Positions 35,022 to 39,550 of a stretch of DNA of 39,550 nucleotides are shown in pieces (the first letter of the stretch is position 1; the number at the start of each line of letters is the position of its first letter). The stretch spans positions 1 to 39,550 of the forward strand of contig LKMN01000004.1 of the NCBI GenBank assembly GCA_001563875.1, written 5' to 3'. The stretch is from Nanohaloarchaea archaeon B1-Br10_U2g1. Lineage in GTDB: Archaea > Nanohalarchaeota > Nanosalinia > Nanosalinales > Nanosalinaceae. The notes under the pieces were generated by a model. That model ran no database searches. It had not been told where the DNA came from and saw nothing but the letters and a program-made list of their open reading frames with translations. The position numbers were made by a program, and so were the translations under genes.

Positions 35022-35858
35022 ATGAGTGTGGGCCTTGAAAAAACAGTCGAGAAAGAACTATCCGGTACAAACCTACCAGATCCAGAAACAGTGATCGACC
35101 ATGAGTTCGGCAACCACTTACAACTGAAAATACCTTATACTGATTCTCCAGAAACAGATAATAGGGAGATATGGGAAGCGAGCCCTAGGTACGAATCTGA
35201 CTTCGAGAGCACCCATGTAATTGACTCTCTGAATGAGCTTAAAGGCAGAAATGAAGAAGGATTTGTCAACGAGAAATACGAAGAGTTTTCAGGGCCAGAA
35301 CAGCTTATAGAAGAGTTCACGAAAGATTCTAAAGCACCAGTCTACCCTAGAAGAGTTGCGTTTGAAGGTAAAAATGTCATAGAGAATTCTAGAAAGCTCA
35401 GTGAACCTCTTAGCACAGATGAAGAAACTTCTCTAGACTATATTCTATCAACGTTTGGACACGGCAAGGAAGAAATCTACAGCGATTTGGACATAACCGT
35501 AGATTGTCCTGAAGACGACTTCTACGTAAGAGGCGGATCAGAACTGTGGTTAGCAACACATACAATAAAGAAAAACTGGATAGACCATGGAGAGGGACTG
35601 GAAGACTATTCAGAACTTTTTGTGAATGTAGAGTCAGAAGAAGACTACGTGGAACTGGATATATATGACAACGGACCAGGACTAAACGGTTACAGCACAG
35701 AAGAAATATTTGAGTACGGGGAAGGAGAAAATACAGGGCTAGGTCTTGGAATGGTAAAAGAGCTAGTAGAACTCAACAACGGCTCAGTAGAATACTGCCC
35801 AGCAAACGCCGAGAAAAGAAACGGTATGGGCTATAAAATTAAACTAGAGAAGTCATGA
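35022..35858 (+). CDS. soluble histidine kinase (HATPase_c) without sensor domain
   Basis: Putative H-box IDHEFGNHLQ, N-box KNWIDHG, G1 DNGPG, F IFEYG, G2 TGLGLGMV. Start at ATG 35022. Confidence 0.8.
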   Translation: MSVGLEKTVEKELSGTNLPDPETVIDHEFGNHLQLKIPYTDSPETDNREIWEASPRYESDFESTHVIDSLNELKGRNEEGFVNEKYEEFSGPEQLIEEFTKDSKAPVYPRRVAFEGKNVIENSRKLSEPLSTDEETSLDYILSTFGHGKEEIYSDLDITVDCPEDDFYVRGGSELWLATHTIKKNWIDHGEGLEDYSELFVNVESEEDYVELDIYDNGPGLNGYSTEEIFEYGEGENTGLGLGMVKELVELNNGSVEYCPANAEKRNGMGYKIKLEKS

Positions 35859-35876
35859 AACAGTCTAACTAACCGA

Positions 35877-35899
35877 CTATCTTATTATTATCAAGATAG
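35877..35899 (+). terminator. short inverted repeat downstream of the kinase
   Basis: CTATCTT-attattatc-AAGATAG. No strong T-tract. Confidence 0.3.
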
Positions 35900-36127
35900 A
35901 CTGTCCGCTCTTTCACGTCAGAGGCTATGTGTCGTACTGTTAGTATAGTACTATTCCTTGCTGTTTGACGGCTTCACTACTCTTTTCCATACTTGTTCTA
36001 GAACTCGTGTATATACCAAGGTATTATCCTTAACCTCTCAGGCAGGACATGAGAAACATTTTGTAGTGGATTAATGTATCGTGAATTTCAAGCTTTTAAC
36101 CTGTCTCCTTTCTGTACTGTATTGGTT

Positions 36128-37330
36128 TCACATCCCAACTGGTATGAAAGGTAGGTAGTAGAGTCCTAGCCCTATCAGAACCACTGATGCTAGTAGTGTT
36201 GTCCATGTAACTGCTTTGTCTGGCCCGTACCACAGATTTTTAGTGAGTACGGCAAACAGGAAGATTACTAGTTCTATCAGCATGTACATCATTAGGTAGA
36301 GCAGGATGTAAGAAGTGTATGCTGCTGTGCTGAGCGATACATCCGCTAGAACACCTGTAAACACTAATGGTAGTGCTACTGAACAAGGCAGCTCTACAAG
36401 AGTGATGCCTGCAGCGAAAAGTATTACAGCTCCGGCTATCGCCATAAAACCTGTTGAATCACTGTGTAATCTGTCCGATACCTTGTTCTGGAACTCGCTT
36501 ACGTACTTGTTTCCGGTGGTCTTACAGGTTGGACCGTGCTTATAGAAATCTAGGAACTTTTTGAAGAAGTAAAGTCCTCCTATTAATCCTGCGGCTCCGA
36601 TTAGGATGTTTAGTATGTTAAAGTATCCTACAAAGCTCTCTAATACGTTATACCAGATAAAGATTATGCTGCCGTAGACAGCTACTGTAGTGAAGATGAA
36701 TAGTCCTCCGTAAGTCAGGATTTTTCTTCTTGAATCGAATTTTATCACAATACCTAGGACTAAGAGCAATGCTCCTATACTGCAGACGTTCAACCCATCT
36801 ATGAATCCTAATAGGACTGCTAAACCTGTCAAAGAATAGTCGGCTAAATCAACCTCTCCTAGATACGGTATATAGGCTTTTTCGGACTCTTCTGAACTGT
36901 TTTCTTCACCTTCTGTCTCAGAAGGTTCACCGAGCTCTTTCTCAACAATTGATTCGATATCCTCTCCTACTGAGGGGTTGAAACCCAGAAACTTTTCGCC
37001 TTCAATAAACGTTAGAGGTGTGGCGATCCTACCAACTTCGACACTGTGCTGCTGCTCTAAATCTTCTATCTTATCGATAGTTCTCGGATCATTGATATCA
37101 TAAGACTCTATCACTAAACCAGGATAGTTCTCCTTCAACTCTTCGTGGAAAACCTCCTGGTCCGCACAGTATGGACATCCATCAGCGTATACATAATCTA
37201 TGGTTAAGCTATCATTACTCTGTTCGTATTCTAGATCTCCGGTTTCTCCATTCGCAGCTATTCCTGTAGAAAGTAGCAATGTCAAGATTAAGATTAATTT
37301 CAGGTTATTGATGTTTGGTATACTGTTCAT
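36128..37330 (-). CDS. extracellular thioredoxin/glutaredoxin domain fused to a CcdA/DsbD-like membrane domain
   Basis: Signal peptide, CPYC, cis-Pro TP, then TM region with DGLNVC and ELPC cysteines. Confidence 0.85.
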   Translation of the reverse strand: MNSIPNINNLKLILILTLLLSTGIAANGETGDLEYEQSNDSLTIDYVYADGCPYCADQEVFHEELKENYPGLVIESYDINDPRTIDKIEDLEQQHSVEVGRIATPLTFIEGEKFLGFNPSVGEDIESIVEKELGEPSETEGEENSSEESEKAYIPYLGEVDLADYSLTGLAVLLGFIDGLNVCSIGALLLVLGIVIKFDSRRKILTYGGLFIFTTVAVYGSIIFIWYNVLESFVGYFNILNILIGAAGLIGGLYFFKKFLDFYKHGPTCKTTGNKYVSEFQNKVSDRLHSDSTGFMAIAGAVILFAAGITLVELPCSVALPLVFTGVLADVSLSTAAYTSYILLYLMMYMLIELVIFLFAVLTKNLWYGPDKAVTWTTLLASVVLIGLGLYYLPFIPVGM

Positions 37331-37352
37331 ATCCTAGATTTCTGAGAAACGG

Positions 37353-37382
37353 TTTAAATATGCTCGTTTCAGAAGATGTAAC
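37353..37382 (-). promoter_or_regulatory. TATA box with adjacent near-palindrome GTTACA-N5-TGAAAC
   Basis: Minus strand reads GTTACA tcttc TGAAAC gagca TATTTAAA, then 22 nt to ATG 37330. Confidence 0.5.
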
Positions 37383-37394
37383 AGCCCGGAAAAA

Positions 37395-37898
37395 CTACTT
37401 TTCAGCCATAATGTCTCTGAGGTCGCCGGCAACCTCTACCTTCTTTGACATACCATTCTCTTCCCTTTCGACTATTTTCCTTTTCTCCATCTTCTTCAGT
37501 GTTCTTGAAACCTTTACCTTACCGAGATCAGTACCTTCCACTATCTCCTTCTGTAAGCTTACTCCCTCTCTATCAATAAGGAAGTTGAGAATACTTCTCT
37601 GTTCCTCAGGCAGAAATCTGGTTGTCTTCAAAGCCTTCTCCCTAAGGTCTTCTTTCTCAGTCCTAAAAGATCCGCTTAAATAGTAGTAGATAGTAATACC
37701 TACAATCACTCCTGTTAAAGACATCCCTACCACTGTCAGAAGTAGCGAATCTCCGCAGTCACAGTAAGGTCCCGTCACAAGACTGTGAACTGTTAGAAAT
37801 CCTCCTGTTACAAGAATCATGAAGGCTGTGAGTATAGTTATAACACCTACCAGTCTCTTCCAGAATCCGTTGAGATCAAGGCTCACTCTTTCCTCCAT
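37395..37898 (-). CDS. membrane-anchored winged-HTH transcriptional regulator (2 TM plus C-terminal HTH, COG2512-like)
   Basis: Two TMs flanking GPYCDCG, then LPEEQRSIL...QKEIVEGTDLGKVKVSRTLKKMEKRKIVERE..GMSKKV. Confidence 0.88.
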   Translation of the reverse strand: MEERVSLDLNGFWKRLVGVITILTAFMILVTGGFLTVHSLVTGPYCDCGDSLLLTVVGMSLTGVIVGITIYYYLSGSFRTEKEDLREKALKTTRFLPEEQRSILNFLIDREGVSLQKEIVEGTDLGKVKVSRTLKKMEKRKIVEREENGMSKKVEVAGDLRDIMAEK

Positions 37899-37966
37899 AT
37901 ATCACAGGATAAGATAAAATCTGATTTAAATCAACGGGAAAAAAGAGAAAGCGAAAGCAGATTTTC

Positions 37967-38248
37967 CTATTCCGGATGCGCCATCACATCGAGACCGAGA
38001 TCTCCTTCTTCTAGAAGACCGGAAGCTATCAACGTATAATGTATACTTCCTTCTAACACTAATTCTTGTTCAAGCACTGTATCCTGCTCTCCATGGGCCC
38101 TGATCTCCACATGGTGAGATCCTATATCCAGTTCAACCAACTCTGTTGTTTCTCTAAACCCTACATTTTCAGAAACCGGTTCTCCGTCCACCATTATATC
38201 TACTGAAGGCGCATCCGGCGAAAAATGTCCTATCTGCAACATCGGCAT
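37967..38248 (-). CDS. DUF4397 domain protein (single domain)
   Basis: GHFSPDAPSVDIMVDG...G.H.VEIR...YTLIASG; AGGTGA SD. Confidence 0.85.
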   Translation of the reverse strand: MPMLQIGHFSPDAPSVDIMVDGEPVSENVGFRETTELVELDIGSHHVEIRAHGEQDTVLEQELVLEGSIHYTLIASGLLEEGDLGLDVMAHPE

Positions 38249-38475
38249 TTACAGTTCACCTGTATACCTATTCGGAGTAGAAAATTTTATGAGAAATTGC
38301 GGTCTCTAACATGCAAAACACCATCGGTGTATGTCTGATGCCAAATAAAGCTCCAGTACTCTACTCAAAGTAAGAAAAATAGAGATTCTACAGGTCCAAA
38401 CCAGTCTATAACTCTATTAAAAGTGGCTTATCATTCCTCTGTACATCAAGTGCTGGACAGAATTATTTCCAAGAT

Positions 38476-39336
38476 TTACATGATTTCGCGGCTGTAAATA
38501 TCCATCTGGTCGGAGAACTCTTCCAACATGTTTTTGAGACCTTCCTCGGAGATACCGTCCAGGCGCTCAGCCATAGAACCATAGTTCCTTTCTCTTACGT
38601 CTTCCCAGGCCTTAGGCTCCGACTCATACAATTCCACAATAACATCTATAGTATCTCTAAAGTTGTCCAGATAAACCGCTACCTGTAAGATATCCGTGGG
38701 AGCATCCAGATATACTTCAGCTCCTTTGTCCGTCTCTGAGACCTCATGATATCCTTCAAGCAGGTGCTCGCCTCTAGGAGCATCTCTATAAACATCTATA
38801 AGTGTTGGATCCATTTTTGAAGTCCAAGGTCCTGTATCTTGGTACAGAACCCATTCTTCGTCGTCTCTACCCCTCAACATATCTGCCCCCAAACCTTCGA
38901 GGCTGCCGAGAGTATCGGTTTCATCGCGGCCTAAATTACTCTTATGAGCGTATCCGTGGTCCTGGCCCTGGATCGCCTGGATGTTGACGGGAAGATGGCC
39001 TCGTCTATCGTCCATCCTTAGATTTGAACCGGTTGTCACATCAGGCTCAATTATCTTCAAAGCGTACATTGTGTACTCTTCTTCGTCACAGGCCCTGATA
39101 ACAAGTTCGTTAGGCTTATCCTTTAGCTGTCCTGCCTCATAGTGGTGAAGTCTGAACACGTCGTACTCTGTTCCCGGGGTTAGCTCGTTGAATGCATTAC
39201 CTAGTTCCTCGTCCATAGAACCGTCTTCAACCTTGAAACCCTCAGAAAAACCGTCTTCAAGTTTAAACCAGGCACGAGGAGCCAGCTCATTTGTCGAAAA
39301 GACATTGTTATTGGATCGATCAGCCATCACAGACAT
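38476..39336 (-). CDS. hypothetical acidic protein (286 aa)
   Basis: Long ATG ORF with TATTTATA about 22 nt upstream; no recognised motif. Confidence 0.7.
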   Translation of the reverse strand: MSVMADRSNNNVFSTNELAPRAWFKLEDGFSEGFKVEDGSMDEELGNAFNELTPGTEYDVFRLHHYEAGQLKDKPNELVIRACDEEEYTMYALKIIEPDVTTGSNLRMDDRRGHLPVNIQAIQGQDHGYAHKSNLGRDETDTLGSLEGLGADMLRGRDDEEWVLYQDTGPWTSKMDPTLIDVYRDAPRGEHLLEGYHEVSETDKGAEVYLDAPTDILQVAVYLDNFRDTIDVIVELYESEPKAWEDVRERNYGSMAERLDGISEEGLKNMLEEFSDQMDIYSREIM

Positions 39337-39550
39337 TTTAACAATACTAAACTCTGTATAAATAGTTTAGGTTTCATCATAAACTGCTTGGAAACTTTTA
39401 AAAGTGTTTCCTCTGAATTCTCTTGGATAAAAGCCATTATAAAAATAAAGTAGAGGAATTTGGGCCAAACTAGAGACAAGCATCTATAGAGAAACTAGTA
39501 AAGGACAGATTTGAGCTTAAAAAGTTAAGTTGCGGGAGGACACGCGAAAA

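Noticed and set aside
3579-38987. Many antisense or alternate-frame ORFs in the track (e.g. 4848-5075, 5172-5489, 6862-7320, 17078-17449, 23621-24031, 31798-32220, 37315-37683)
   Set aside because: They overlap well-supported genes and are mostly Ser/Phe/Leu-rich, as expected for the reverse complement of acidic-protein codons.
39529-39550. GC-rich stretch at the window end as the start of an RNA gene
   Set aside because: Too short to identify; no tRNA or rRNA signature is visible.
1-39550. CRISPR array, IS element or provirus
   Set aside because: I saw no regularly spaced repeats, and no transposase, integrase or capsid-like genes.

Overview
Gene-dense core chromosomal region of an archaeon with a strongly acidic (D/E-rich) proteome, moderate GC, short intergenic spacers and TATA-type, often leaderless promoters. 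This best fits a nanohaloarchaeon (DPANN); the assignment is an inference. It carries housekeeping genes (tfb, ychF, hisS, class I lysS, rpl10e/uL16, dph2, aMBF1, tRNA-Asp(GTC)) and a coupled sugar-nucleotide operon (Gfo/Idh/MocA, two tandem nucleotidyltransferase paralogues, HAD, phosphohexomutase). It also carries a ROK kinase, a beta-carbonic anhydrase, redox genes (FAD oxidoreductase, SOD, 2Fe-2S ferredoxin, thioredoxin/DsbD-like protein), three membrane proteases and two different histone-fold proteins. I saw no CRISPR array, transposase or integrase. Most notable observations: (1) a perfect palindrome GTTCGA-N6-TCGAAC occurs twice with identical 13-nt spacing to a TATA box, once before a membrane-anchored ArsR-type regulator and once before a secreted protein, suggesting a small envelope-sensing regulon; (2) two intact apparent pseudoenzymes, a PEP-synthase relic with the phospho-His replaced by Thr and a GlmU paralogue lacking GxGxR; (3) a histone fold with a coiled-coil tail; (4) a sensor-less orphan histidine kinase; (5) small ORFs missed or mis-started in the ORF track. 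All family calls are from motif recognition, not database searches.
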